Source of the DNA: Bilabrum cf. latius | Taxonomy: Eukaryota | DNA length: 64,000 nucleotides | Assembly (NCBI GenBank): GCA_965178125.1 | Contig: OZ237736.1 | Span: 434,001-498,000, forward strand | Reading direction: 5' to 3' | In this document: positions 26,658-39,080 of the stretch, piece by piece | Numbering within the stretch: the stretch's first letter is position 1 | How the letters are laid out: every line of letters starts with the position of its first letter | Notes under the pieces: model-generated | What the model was told of the DNA's origin: nothing | Database searches by the model: none | Seen by the model: only the letters and a program-made list of their open reading frames with translations | Made by a program: the position numbers and the translations under genes

Positions 26658-29600
26658 ATGCCTCGACGACGCACTTCCTCGAGTGGTTCTTCCGGAGCAC
26701 CAGGGCAGCCTGGAAGGACGAGTCCCTCTCAAGGAGCCACTGCAACAAACATGCGCGAAGTGTTTGCTGAGGTAGTCAGGCGTCGTGCATCCCATTTCGC
26801 GCAGGGTGCAGGCGCCAGTACCCTGGCTGTGGCTGGACGGCGTGCAGCTGGTGGAGCTAGGGCAGCTCAATCTAATGGAAATGAGGAGGATAGTGACTAG
26901 GATTCGCTTTCCAGCGGTACAGAAGATGAACGTTTGCGTCACCGTAGGAGCGGCGCATCTCGAAATTGGCCCGGACCATTCGCTACGGGCCTTGCTATCT
27001 TGAGAGCTAGACGGAGGGCATTGCGCCGGCGCGCAAAAGCGATTCGCTAGAGGAGATCAGATCAAGCGTCTGGGGAATCTGCTGCCCAGCGTCGGCGCGT
27101 GAGTAGTCATGGACCAGGAGGACCAGGAGGATCTGGAGACAGTTCTGGCTCGGAGTCATCAGATGCCTACGATTCCGACTCGAATGCAGCGGTTGACCCA
27201 GACGATGAGGCATCATTCGTACCAATACCAATGTGGAGTCCAGGGGATAGTACTGGTGGCTCGAAAGACGGAGCAGTAGACGGATCGTCAGCTCGATCGC
27301 CGAAGCGCGCACCTGCTCTTGCTCCGCTCGCCCCAGGCCAAAGCGCCGTGCCATCCCTGGTGGATCTATGCATTCGATTTGTGGGTTCTTTCTTTGAACA
27401 TGTGGAAGAGCTCGGACCCCTTCCCAATACCCTCCGCCGCTCGATTGCTCGCTCACTCGCCCTTGGTCGCAAGCTGGACGGACGCTCTGTCCGTCTGCTG
27501 TGTGACGAGCCATGCGACGAGGTGGTGATTCCCGATGGAGCGGCTGTGGCAGAGCACCAGCTCGTGTCTCTATTTCGGGGTCATGGGGATGATGCAGGGG
27601 ACGTGATAGGCGGCATGTAGGGCGGGGTGCCCCTTGTTGGATCTGGAGCGGGATCGTCGCAGGCTTCGTCAAACTCATCTGCGGCTGCGGCCCGGCCAAA
27701 AGGACCCGCCAGGGCGGTAGAGGGCCTGGATTCAGCCACATCCGTCGCAGATGCCGTCCTTGTAGACTCCCTGCCTGATGGCACTGCATTGCGGTGCGTG
27801 TCGCTACACAACTGCGGGAGGGCGCTGACGGACAGGGCCGCGCGACAGGTTGCAAATTCTGTTCCCTGGCAGTCGGGAACCCTAAAGCAGCTTCATGTGG
27901 GTGGTGCGTACCAACTGACAGACGCTGGGATGCTGGCACTCCTGCGTTCAGCTTCCAACCCCACAGGAGCCAATGATGTGCTTGGCAGTAACGGCGTGCC
28001 TGGCCTCGGGGACTTCGACTCGGAGTTGGAGATTGCTGAAGCGAAGGGTTCCGACAAGACATCATCGTCTTCATCGTCGGCTGCAGCAGCATCGGCTGTT
28101 CTCGCCTCTGCACCTATGGATACCCCTTCAGGCACGGATGCTGTTGCTGCTGCGGCTCCTGGCATCGACACGCTTTCCCTATCATGTTGCTCGCTACTCC
28201 GGGGACCAGTGGCTGCACATATCAACGAGATCTGTCCTTCGCTGCGGGCGCTCTCAATTGATGCTTGTGCTGGCCTGGCAGATGACGAGCTCGCTGGCTC
28301 GTGCGACGAAAGCAATGCTGGCAGGATTGATCTTGCTTCTCTGTCGGCCATGACAGACGTAAGGACTGACTCGGATGCCGTGGCGGGAATGAGCAAGCAC
28401 GTGGTTCGCGCGCGAGCACACGAGAACCAGCAAGGAAAGGGGGTCAGTGATGGTCAGCTGCCGCCATCGCTGCGACGTCTGCCGCGCTATGCCGGGGTGC
28501 TCCGTGTCGCACACCAGCTCCGGCACTTGTCACTAACAAGGCTTGCGGCAGTGACAGATGCTGTGCTGGTACCCCTCCTGTCTCGCATCAGGCGCGCAGG
28601 ACAGCTGCGCTCACTCGTCATCAGGGACGTGCCCAGGTGCGGAGACGCGTCCATCCTGGCTCTGTGCTTGGGAATCTCCTCTGAGCCGTCAGGCGATTCG
28701 CACGGTGGCAACGACAGCTCAACAGAACCATCGTAGCAAACCAGCAAAAGCGGGAAACAAAAGGCCAAGGCAAAAATAAAAAGCAAGAAGAGCTCATCAG
28801 CATCGGCATCGGCATCGGCATCGGCAGTCATGAGAGATGACGATACTATGGCAGGTAGCCCGTCAGACCTCCCGCCATTACCCCTTCAACTCCTTGAGCT
28901 GAGCGCGTTGCCTCGCTTGTCTGGTGACGCGCTTCGAGCAGTGGCTGCAAGTAACATCTTGTCGAGGGTCAGGCACCTGAACTTATCCCGGCTCAACGCA
29001 ATCCCAATAGGAGAGGAAGGCCCGCTCGTCGCCTGCATTTGCTCCTGCGGCCACTACGGTGCTATAGCGGCTCCAGAAGAAATGCCTCAGCAACTGCCTG
29101 GCCTGCCACCGAGGCGCTCTGACATGGCAAAGCCGCTTCCACCGCACAAGCTGCTGCTTGACCCGCCGGCAATTTGGTCCCCTGATATCATGGTACCGAT
29201 TGGCGCCGGCACACTTGCAGCTGAGGCGGTCCAGTCCGCGGACGAGCAGCTCGCGGATGTGGCTGACCGTGTAGCTAGGAACAGGCAGGCACCCGACTCC
29301 CAGCTTGGATTTCGTGCTGGGTGCGGGTTGGTGTCAGCTCGGTTCGCGGGTCTCAGGTGCATGACCGACCGATCGATGGCCGCACTAGCTCTGACTAGTC
29401 CGTTGACGCTCCGCTCAATCGACGTGTCGTGGTGCAGGCAAGTGACCGACGCTGGAATCGGCTACTTGGCGCAGTGCTGCGGCCATCGATTGCTGCCATC
29501 CTAGGCGGCTGGGAAAGGTAATTCGGCTACCGTGGGAGGGAAGAGGGACAGGGATGATCTGGTCTCCGAGGCAACTACCGCTTTCCAGTTTGACGACCTC

Positions 29601-29744
29601 GCGACGTCGGAGGGCCTCCGGGAGATTGCATGCTGGGGGCAATCGCACGTATCAAAGGAACTAGCGTCTGCATTCACCCGGGGGAACGGGGCGCAGCTAG
29701 AAATCCGAGGCATGCCAGGTGCGAGAGTGCCGTTGGTGGAGTGA
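26658..29744 (+). CDS. RAD7: Rad7/Rhp7-like leucine-rich-repeat DNA repair protein (TAG=Gln)
   Basis: WPGPFAT motif, VPSLVDLCI..VEELGPLP..IARSL..RKLD, GAYQLTD, and cysteine-type LRRs such as IDVSWCRQVTDAG. Five same-frame ORFs are split by TAG; ends TGA. Confidence 0.8.
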
Positions 29745-29873
29745 TGAAGCGTTGATTAATGATGGAAATTGGAGTTCTTGAGTGTTGCCAGCGGGTTTGT
29801 TGGACCCAGTTCAAAGTTTTTCTGGACACTTTTTTGGCAATTTCTATCATTCATGCAATTATGCAATTTAGGA

Positions 29874-32800
29874 TCACCCCATCAATGCTGCAAGGGCCGG
29901 TGACGAATGCCTTCGCGCTGTTCCTCGACGAATGGATGAGCTCTCACCGGTACTAGGGCTTGCCCTGCTCGGCGCTCCTACCGGCGGCGATCCTGACGGC
30001 TTCTCCTGCGACTTATCTGCACCACGACTCCCAGGAGTATCTGCCAGCTATGCTGGGGATGCAGCGTCTCGGCAGCTCACTTGGCGGCTTGTGCCGTTAT
30101 CGTCAACCGAGGAATCAGACACTGTGCTGTTGGTGCCTTCTCGCAGCCTCCTCGCACCTGCTGCTCGAGGTAACGCTGCAGAACTTGCAGATGTAGCATG
30201 CACCCGGCGCTAGTTTGAAAGCCCTTGGTCAAGCGAACGTTGGGCTGGTGAAGACTGGCGCTGGCCTGCAACCGCTGAAGCACCTGCTCTCCTGCGCGCC
30301 TCCTTGGCCCGTGCTCGCTCCACCTCTCTCTCTTTGGCACGACCCGCGATGGCCTGTGCCACCACTCTGGCATTCTGCTTCACCGTGCTGTTCCAGTGGT
30401 GCTGCAGTGCAGGCCCCTGGAAGGCTGACAGCACCAGTGCCGTGAAGGTCGAGTCGCCCAGGATGAGAGGCACAAGCGGGGAGGGCTCTCCGGTGTGGGG
30501 CTGGGGGTGGCACAGGGCAGCGGCAGCTGTGGCTAGCTGTGCGTGCGGGCTCTGGATGCACACGCACAGCCTGCGGATCAGCCGTTCTCTCAGCGGGCCC
30601 ACCTCGGGCACCTAGGACCCCTCTTGCTCGTCCATGCATGAAGGCGGGCCTTCCGCATCATCCCGGCCATCTCGCGGTGAAAGTGGGCCAACACCGGCTA
30701 CACTGCCTGCGCCTGCCTTTTCAAGGGCCCGTCTCGCTGCCCCTCCTGCCCTCGCCAGCATGCGAGCGTGTCTCCTCGCGTCCTTGGACCCGCCCCTCTT
30801 GCCCATGCTGCCCTGGGACTGCCCCTCGTGGCTGAAGGCCCACGAGTTGAGCGTGGTGGCGAGGAACCTAAGCAGCAGGATCTGCCTCGTGGATGCGTTC
30901 CGGGGCCACCGCAGCAGCACAGTGCCGGCTAGGTACCTCGCAGCCCCCGCATCAGCCGCAGCCGCGGCTGTGGCACACCGCAAGACAGACGAGTACTCCC
31001 CGCACACGACTGGACCGAGCCGGACCAGGCAGTGAGCCACCGCGACAACCAGCCGCCCCGGCCCTACTGCTGCAAAGTGTCGACTAGAGAAGGCACCCGA
31101 AGACAGTGATGATGGGTGTCGGTTCCCCTTTGAAGGCGTGTTGGAAGGAGTTGCAGCCTCTCGCGCAGGTGCGGCGGATACTCCCATCGCTGATTTCAGC
31201 GAAGCATCGGCTGCTGCCGTCCTGCCATTGCCAGCGTCGGGGCCCCCAGCGGTATCCCCAGTCTGATGCAGTTCTTGTCGCAGCCCTACTGCCAACATGG
31301 CCCGCGCGTCTGCGTCTGCATCTGAGTTGGAACGCTACCTGGTGGCAGGCAGCGGGTGTGGGGACGACGATGAGACGTTCGGATCGCTTGCTTCTCTCTG
31401 TCCCCGACCTTCGTGCCCTGCGTAGGAATGCACTGACGAACTAGCCGAGGTTCCGGCGGAATGGTCACCGATACGACTGGGCCTCAGCTGACTTGTCTCG
31501 CCTGAAATCACTCTGCGCAAGGGGTGCGCCACTCGGACGCTGTCATTCCCGTCCCTGCTGGCTAGCCGCGCAGAAAAAGCGCTTCCCTTTTCAAGCACGA
31601 TAGGAGAGTGGATTGCTTCACCGAGCGTACGGGCCGGTAATGGGATGGGTGATACGCCGCTTCCCAGCTCCCTAGGCAGCCCAGCGGTCTCTGAGAGTCC
31701 CGGCCGATAGCTCGCGATCGCTTGCCCGCAGAAGGCCAGCAGTTCCCGCATGGAACCGACCTGCACATCGCTCGCTGGCTTGATCACGACCCCCGTGTCT
31801 GAATCCAAGATGCCCAGGCCGGAGGCAAGGGAGACGGACCCGCGGTGCACTCGCCGCATGATTCTACCGCGCCTCACCACCCTGGAGGCAACTGCAGTGC
31901 TGCCACCTGTCGCAACTGATCCAGCTTCATCCTTAGTAGAGCCGGAGCTAGCCCCAGGCGTACTCTAGTGCCAGGGCGCGGGCGACTGGGAACGTCCCGC
32001 TTCGGAAGGAACACCGCCAGCAGTAGAGCCGCCTTGGGAATCATCCTCACTGGCAGTCATGTCTCCAGATGAAGTCCGTGCGACTCCAAGACCACCGGAC
32101 GCACTGACAACAACAGCCTCGTCTTCTTCGTCGCTATCAGAGTCAGCTAGAGACAGCATGGAGTCCGGGCCTGTTCTCAGCAGCGATTCGGGCAGCTTTG
32201 ATTCGTTCGCCATCGCGTATTGCACCGCAAGCGAGGTCACCCTGACACGCTTGGTGATCGCCGCTGCCACCTCGCACACCACGCGAGAGCGCCACATCGC
32301 GAGAAACCTGTCCAGGTGCCTTCGAGCCACATCCTGAGCACCCTGTCTCTGCTCCTCCGCTTCCTCCCTGTCGTCATCGTCACTGCCCTCTGCATCGCTC
32401 TCGTCTTCTCCCTCCCAACCGTACCCGCCCGAGCTGCCACCGTCATCCGTATCTCCACATGATCGCCCAAGCGAGCCAGTGAACGAACCAGACGATGCGT
32501 ACCTCCTACTAGCAGGATTTGAACTGCTGGTGCCCGCACCAGCCAGCGGCCCGAACGAAGTCGGAAGCTTTGTCACTTCATCGCCACCGGTATCCTCGTC
32601 CAGGCTGCTCTCACGTGACGCGTGGGTGTGTGATGGCGAGCTCAGCGCGAGGCCGGGGCTTGTAGAACTGGTGTGGTCCTTGGAGGTGTCCGCCGGCTGC
32701 CTAGGCGGTGACAGTGGCAGCCCAGTAGGAAGACTCGGCTAACCTACAAGGCTTCCAGAGTGCTTCTTGGCAACTAGGCCGACGGAGCTGTTGCCAGTGG

Positions 32801-35800
32801 GCGTGGCAGGGGGTGTTCGGGCTCTGGGCTGGGCAGCAGTTGCCAGGTCAAGGGCGCTTGGTGCCAGCTGCAAGTCGAGACCTGTGGAAGCGTGCGCCAT
32901 TCCAGACAGCGCCGACATGCTGGGGCTCCTGGGAGGTGGGGACGTGGAAGGCCGCAAAAGGCCACGCAGCGCCCTCGGTGACTTGGCTACATCCGAGGTA
33001 GTTACTGCTGCAGTTGTTTTTGAGGACATGGCAGTTTGTGATGCCCCAGTGCTGTCTTGGGCTTTGTCTTGGCGTAAAATAACGCCTTTACCCGATCCGT
33101 CCTATTCCCAATCGTCCGCAGACAGACCAACCAGCTCTCCAGACATGTCGTTGATACCTTCGTCCAGACAACCACTGCCGTGCTCGCTACTCTACCCCTA
33201 TGCTGCACTGCTGTGACTTGTTTGCCCTTGCTGATCGCTTGCATCCTACCCGGGCAAGCCAGGCCATTCGGGTGCGGCTGCCTCTTGGCCGGCAGGCCGA
33301 TCTGCCGTCAAATCCTCCATAAGGTGTTGCTCCGGCAAACCTTGCTCCCTGGCCTTTTCAAGCTCAGCCAAAGAGGTATGAGACCCACGCTGGCCCGTCC
33401 CAGATCTCACGGATATCAGACCGCGGTAATTGCGCCCCTGGCCACTGACAGCGCCGGACGATTCAAGGTGCGGTGGAAGAAACCCAGAGGCAACGCTCAT
33501 GCCATCAGCGGCGATGCTTGCAGTGGCTGGGCGGCCCACGCTTCTTCCGCCCGGCGCCACCGACTCGGTCTTCTTCGCCCTCAGCCTCCGCTTCCTCCAG
33601 GTTGACCAGCCCCGCAGATCGCGCGGGCGGGGATTGTACAAGCTGTGCAGCAGCTGCAGCAGAAACGTGCGCTCGGTAGCCTTGGCCGACACCTGGAGCT
33701 GGGTCACAGCGCCGGTCAAAACTGGTGAGCTCAGCAGCCAGGGGCCTCCAAACTTGGAGAGAGCCAGGAGCAGATCGTACAGCACGCTGCTGTCGTGCTC
33801 GGAATCCAGGCCTGACATGGCACATCTCGGCCTTCCTTCTCGAGTGGTCTGGGGCTACCGCGCCCTGGAAGATTTCGCATTCGGCTGGTCTTCCCCAGCG
33901 TGCGAACCAAGGGCTTCGGCTGGTGTCCCAGCTGAGCTGCTTCTAGCCCTGACACCAGCATGTCGGAACGAGTCCCCAGTGGCCTAACTCAGAGATGGAG
34001 CGGACGGTGACGGCCGAATCCCGTTGTTCAAACCCGAGCCTCCATCCTGGGACTCGGTGCCACTGCTCTCTTCGTTCGAGTCCACCTAGCCAAATGCGAG
34101 AAGCCTGCCTTGCGCCGGAGGGAGCGCATCGGCCACGTCCTGGTCCACGACCCCTCGCTTTCCTCTACGCCGCAGCCCGGAAGAACCCCCGTCGCTCTCG
34201 CTGCCACTGCCTTCGTCCTCGCTGCTGCTCACGATGTCGTTCACGCCGACCTGCCGGTACCGAAGTCCAAGCACGCCAGACCCACCGCCGATGTCCTGCG
34301 GCCCCGCCTCATCGTCACCTGCCAGTGCACCGTATCGCGAACCACTAGCCTTGTTGAGCAGGCTGATCAGCACGTACTCCTGGGCCTCATCGGTGGTGAG
34401 CAGTCGGCGACCGCTGCCGAGTCGCTCTGACCTCGGCAGCCTGATCCCCCCGTACCTTTTCCACTGCCCCGATGTCAGCATGGTGTGCACGCTGTCGGGA
34501 CCAATGCGCTTGTCGGAGATTGCAGGAGAGCCTTTGCCTGCACTGAGCTCGTTCAGGTCCTCGTCAGCCTCAGCCAGCTGCTGCAAGCGGAGGCGGTCCA
34601 GCTGTGCCTGCATCTGCTTGCGTCGCATGCGCGGGAAGAACGCGCTTTCGGCGTCATGCGAGTTCTATCCGGATCCAGCAGGCGGACTGTTCATCATCGC
34701 AAATCCTGCGAGAGTCACAGACGTGGATTGACGCTCCCCAGGAGTCACGGGAGGCGGAGAAGGCGGCGCTTCGTCGTCTTCCAACTCGTCGTCTGGTGAC
34801 GCCAGCAGCTCGTGAGAACCGCCAGATGGCGGCGCGCTGTCTGGTTCTGTTGACGGCTGCCACTACCTTTCAGCATCGTCTCCGAGCAGACGCGACCGAA
34901 GTTGATCGGCGCGCTTAGCGACGAGTGTCCGTCTCAATTTAAGGGCATGCCACGACGTCCATGGGTCGACCAGGCGAAGCGCGTGCCTATCCTGTGGGGC
35001 AAGCAACCCGGCGTGCGCGGCCGATAAAAGTACCGCAGTGCGATGGCTTCGACGTACGTCAACGTCCTCGCTACTGCTGCTGCCATCGGTGCGCTGCAAG
35101 CCGCGACCGATCCCGGCATAACCATCGCAGGCGCCTTCGCAGGCAGCCATGGCGGCAGGCCCCAGTGTTTCTATCCTATCGCCGACCCGTGCCGGAGATG
35201 GAGCGTCCACTCCTAAAGTTTGCAGCACAGACCTGGCTCTAGGGGCCCCGACGGCCCACCGCAGCAGCCTGAACACCGAGTTGGGCTGGAGGAAGAAGGG
35301 GGCCAGCTGCGGGCTAGGAGGCTCCCTGGCTTCTGCCACTCGCTGAATCGCTGCTAGAAACGACCTGGAGGACGACTATCGAGACGCATGCCCCCTCGAG
35401 CGCCCGGGGCTCTAGGGTTCGGGCGATGACGTTCTGGGCGAGACGAGCTCCATGCCACGAACTCCAGCATTCACTGTACCCGCAACGCTCCCCGCCGCAG
35501 ACTCAGCCTCCCAAGCGGCAGCAAGATCTCCAAAGGAATCGTCCGCGCGGAGAAAACTAGCCATGCGAGACCGCCGTTTCTCCCCTCCACCCGTTGCAAA
35601 CTCCTCCCCCACTGTCTTTTGCACGTTCTCCTGCTCCATGCGGGCGAATCGCCTGGCAGCAGCTGCGGCTGCATGCCTCCTTCGCCAGGATGGCGCTAGC
35701 CCGAAGCACGCATCAACCACTCCTCGAACAACGACCAGGGGAGTATCATTCCGCGTCAGCACTGCTGCTAGCAGAGCCACAGTGTATGCCACTAGTGCGG

Positions 35801-36344
35801 GTGGGGGCAGATTCTGCCTATCCTCTTGCACGGAGAACGGGTCCGCGCGCAGGCCGGGTCGCCCTGCCCTGCTCCGAGGCGGGCTGCGGTACGTCAGCTG
35901 TGCCGTAGACGCAGGCTAGCCCCACCTGCTGCTCGCCTCGAGACGGTTTCCACTCGCAGTGCCAGTCGAAGCAGACGGTGCGGCAGGCAGGGCGAGCTGT
36001 GCCAGGTATGACGCCTCGCCGAACGCGCATGCAAAACGATGCAAGAATCGCCATGATGGATGTGCTCCAGCGTCGCCTGCCTCAAACAGGGCGTACGCGG
36101 CCCGCGTGCTCCCTCTGTGCGCATGCATTCCATCGGGTCGCCTGGCACCGACTGCAGCAGACGGGTGGTAGCTGCCACTCGAGCCTCGAGAAAGGTGCCT
36201 GCCTCTGGCCTGTGGAGAACGCGGCTGGTACTGGGACTGCGTTCGGACTTCTTGCGCTGCAAGACACCCCCTAACGCTATTCTACCATTTATCACGCACG
36301 ACTGGAGGCGCGCTGCCGGAGTCACTCGCGCCCGAGGCCGGCAT
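29874..36344 (-). CDS. ~2150-aa divergent PP2A B56(B')-like regulatory subunit with long low-complexity insertions (TAG=Gln)
   Basis: Ten ORF-track ORFs share one frame and all end in TAG. B56-like blocks: LYDLLL, ERTFLLQLLHSLY, LLRWPRNASTRQILLL, LCVCIQSPHAQLA, HHWNSTVK. Ends TGA 29874. Confidence 0.65.
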
Positions 36345-36852
36345 GGGAGGACAAGGAGGCCTGGGCAGATTCGCAGGGCTGCACGCAGACACGCGCACCT
36401 TGGCGTTTTGTCCGAACCCACCGGCCCATACCTCTTGTCCTCCATTCTGCGGGTACTTTATACGGGCCGTGAATTCAAAATCCCCTGCGATGCGTACTGA
36501 TGAACATCGTTTACATTCGAGTGGTGTGGCAGATCAGCCGCAATCGCGGGGAAACCCGCGGGTATCGAGAAGTAGCAGAGCAGCGACAATGTGAGACTCC
36601 CTATCAACCTACACCAAAACTATCAACAAATGCGGATGGCCAGCGCATGAAAGCGTCGATACCGCGCGGCAATCCGCGGCATCCTGACCTGGATCATATG
36701 ACGGCATGGGTACGCCGTCAGTCCAATCAGCACGAGTCGCTGCATCCAAGCCATCGTAGATAGAACCAATCACAACAATTCCATGGAAAACATCTATTGC
36801 AATACAGCACTAACAAAAACAATCCGCTGCGTGCCGCAGACAGCCCAAATCT

Positions 36853-36953
36853 TGTTATCCGCCAAAATGTGTGTAGTTTTTATATAAGTAAACTCTATTT
36901 CTACTATATAGTAGAAATAGAGTTATCATAACTCCACATTTTGGCGGATAACA
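36853..36953. other. Left terminal 101-bp imperfect hairpin
   Basis: 19-bp outer stem (36853-36871 with 36935-36953), asymmetric 19/10-nt internal region, and a perfect 34-bp palindrome at 36891-36924. Confidence 0.95.
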
Positions 36954-38220
36954 TAAGAGGTCAATATTAACCACTTCACAACATCTTAAGCCGTAGTCCT
37001 TCATAATGTCCTTCACTTGAACATAATAATTTAATAGCTATTTATTCATATATCTACCTAATTTAATACCTTCGCGCCGTTAATGTCTATCTGTTAGACC
37101 TTTACTTTACTTAATCTGTTGAGTGAATCCCTAGCCTAAGTCTTAGGATATGCCCGCCCGAAATTGCGGAAATATATAGTCATTTAAGAATATATGTTCG
37201 CAATTCTGGGCGCGTAGGTGTATTGAGTTTTATATTATGATTTGGTTTTAAGTATCAATTGACATTTACCACTTTAGAAAATAACTAAATAAATACTTAA
37301 AGAGATTGACAGAAGTATTAAAGTCTTTTTAATACTTCCAATGAAAAATTTAAATTAATAAATAAAACTAAACTAATATATCAACTTAATTTATCTCTTT
37401 TTTTATTACTTGTCAATCTATACTTAAATAATTGAATATTTAAATATAACTAGAAGGAGATATTAATCACTTTATAAAGTCTTTTATATGTCATCTCTTC
37501 AAAACTTCAAATATAAGGGTATCCCCTTAAAAATACATCCTTTAATCTATCGCCCGAAATTGCGGTAATATATAGTCATTTAAGAATATATGTGTGCAAT
37601 TCTGGGCGCGTAGGTGTATTGATTTTTATTTTTCATAATTCTTTAAATATGTTAAAGTCCTTTGTTTGAGTATATGATATAAAGGAATACAAAGCGGGAT
37701 AACTTAAAAATGATAAATGTTTTGACGATGACTTTAAAATGACTCAATGAACTAGTTTATGTCAAGTGTATTACTTTGAAATGATTAATCACTAGATTAA
37801 ATGGAAAATATAGGATAATTAAATATGGTATAGTATAATACTAGCGCCCGAAATTGCGGTAATATATTAGGATATTAAGATATATTGTCGCAATTCTGGG
37901 CGCGTAGGTGTATTGAGTTTTATATTTTGTTAATTTTGACATAGTTATCTTATAGAGGTGTAATTTTGTAATAAAGATATTTCTAGTATGTGCTATATTA
38001 AATGTCCAGAAATGACGGCCCGAAATTGCGGAAATATATAAGTATTCTAGAAATTATGTCCGCAATTCTGGGCGCTTAGGTGTCTTCAATAATTAATAAT
38101 CAACTACTTCTTTATTTTGATTAATTTTTTTGACTTACCGTTCATTTTATTGACCACTTAACGGGATATCACAAAAAGACTTAACCACTTGACGAGATAT
38201 TTTAAAATAACTAATAATAA

Positions 38221-38351
38221 ATATGACCGCCCCAAATTGTATCTCCAGATATGACCGCCCCAAATTGTATCTCCAGATATGACCGCCCCAAATTGTATCT
38301 CCAGATATGACCGCCCCAAATTGTATCTCCAGATATGACCGCCCCAAATTG
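38221..38351 (+). repeat. 28-bp tandem repeat x4.7 in the left TIR (mirrored at 59783-59913)
   Basis: Unit atatgaccgccccaaattgtatctccag, which contains the left arm of the dispersed palindrome. Confidence 0.95.
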
Positions 38352-38422
38352 CGGAAATATATAAGTATCAAGAAAATTATGTTTGCAATTCTGGGCGCTC
38401 ACCCGTATTCAATTTTACATAT

Positions 38423-38632
38423 TCACTAACTCATACCACTTGAAGTGGTCCATTTGATCTTGTGTTCATATTTAGAATGTCCTTTAACTTGTATCAATGT
38501 ATTGAGTACTTCTTCTAACTAGTCCTTAACAAATGATTTTGTCTTATGATATGTCTTGGTAGTCTTCACCTATTTAATAACTAATTTACAAGTCTTACCG
38601 ACAATATACTAAGTTAATAAATCTTGTATCAT
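38423..38632 (-). CDS. Small hypothetical viral protein (69 aa, TAG=Gln)
   Basis: ATG to TGA, open only if TAG is sense; divergent from 38641. Confidence 0.35.
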
Positions 38633-38640
38633 AATATATT

Positions 38641-39048
38641 ATGTATGAGATAATTATTGATGGATTCAAATATAAACCCTCTACTCGTAGAAATAAGAAA
38701 TATGATGTATTCAAAAATGGTAAGTATATCACTAGCTTTGGTGATGCACGATATGCTCAATACTTTGATTTGATTGGTAAGTATGGAGATAATAACCATA
38801 TTGACCCTAAAAGACGACGCCTATACTACCGAAGACACGGGAAGACTACCGATACTAATAGCTCAAAATATCACAGTCATAAGATCTTATGGGGAAGTGA
38901 TAATGCTATTAAGGACTACTTAACAAAACTAGCCAATGGAGTATTAGATGTAAAAAGGTATGTTAAAGGGGATACTTTGGAAAAATGGTTAGATGACTAT
39001 AGGTCTAAAGTGGACGCAAGACTCAAGTATTTGAAAATACTGGATTAA
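38641..39048 (+). CDS. Conserved small giant-virus/virophage protein (DUF5754-like)
   Basis: STRRNKKYDV..FGDARY..D..H.DPKRR..Y..RH..S.KILW pattern; ends TAA. Confidence 0.65.
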   Translation: MYEIIIDGFKYKPSTRRNKKYDVFKNGKYITSFGDARYAQYFDLIGKYGDNNHIDPKRRRLYYRRHGKTTDTNSSKYHSHKILWGSDNAIKDYLTKLANGVLDVKRYVKGDTLEKWLDDYRSKVDARLKYLKILD

Positions 39049-39080
39049 TACTATTAAATTAAATACATTTAATAATATAA

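Larger units (their letters stand above)
36853..38441 (+). repeat. Left terminal inverted repeat (1,589 bp)
   Basis: Reverse complement of 59693-61281. Mirror ORFs in the track (38147-38371 and 59763-59987) give the same coordinate sum, 98134. Confidence 0.95.

Noticed and set aside
36847-36852. 6-bp TSD AAATCT
   Set aside because: It would need the terminal A (61281) of the right CA end. The symmetric TG...CA boundary with a 5-bp AATCT is more parsimonious, though 6 bp cannot be strictly excluded.
37155-38397. CRISPR-like or integron-like array from the repeated palindromes
   Set aside because: Spacing is irregular (about 170-400 bp), copies are dispersed through the element, and no cas or tyrosine recombinase gene is present. 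The 28-bp repeats have no spacers.
38147-38402. ORFs 38147-38371 and 38211-38402 and their mirrors at 59732-59987
   Set aside because: They are translations of the 28-bp tandem repeat in the TIRs, with non-ATG starts.
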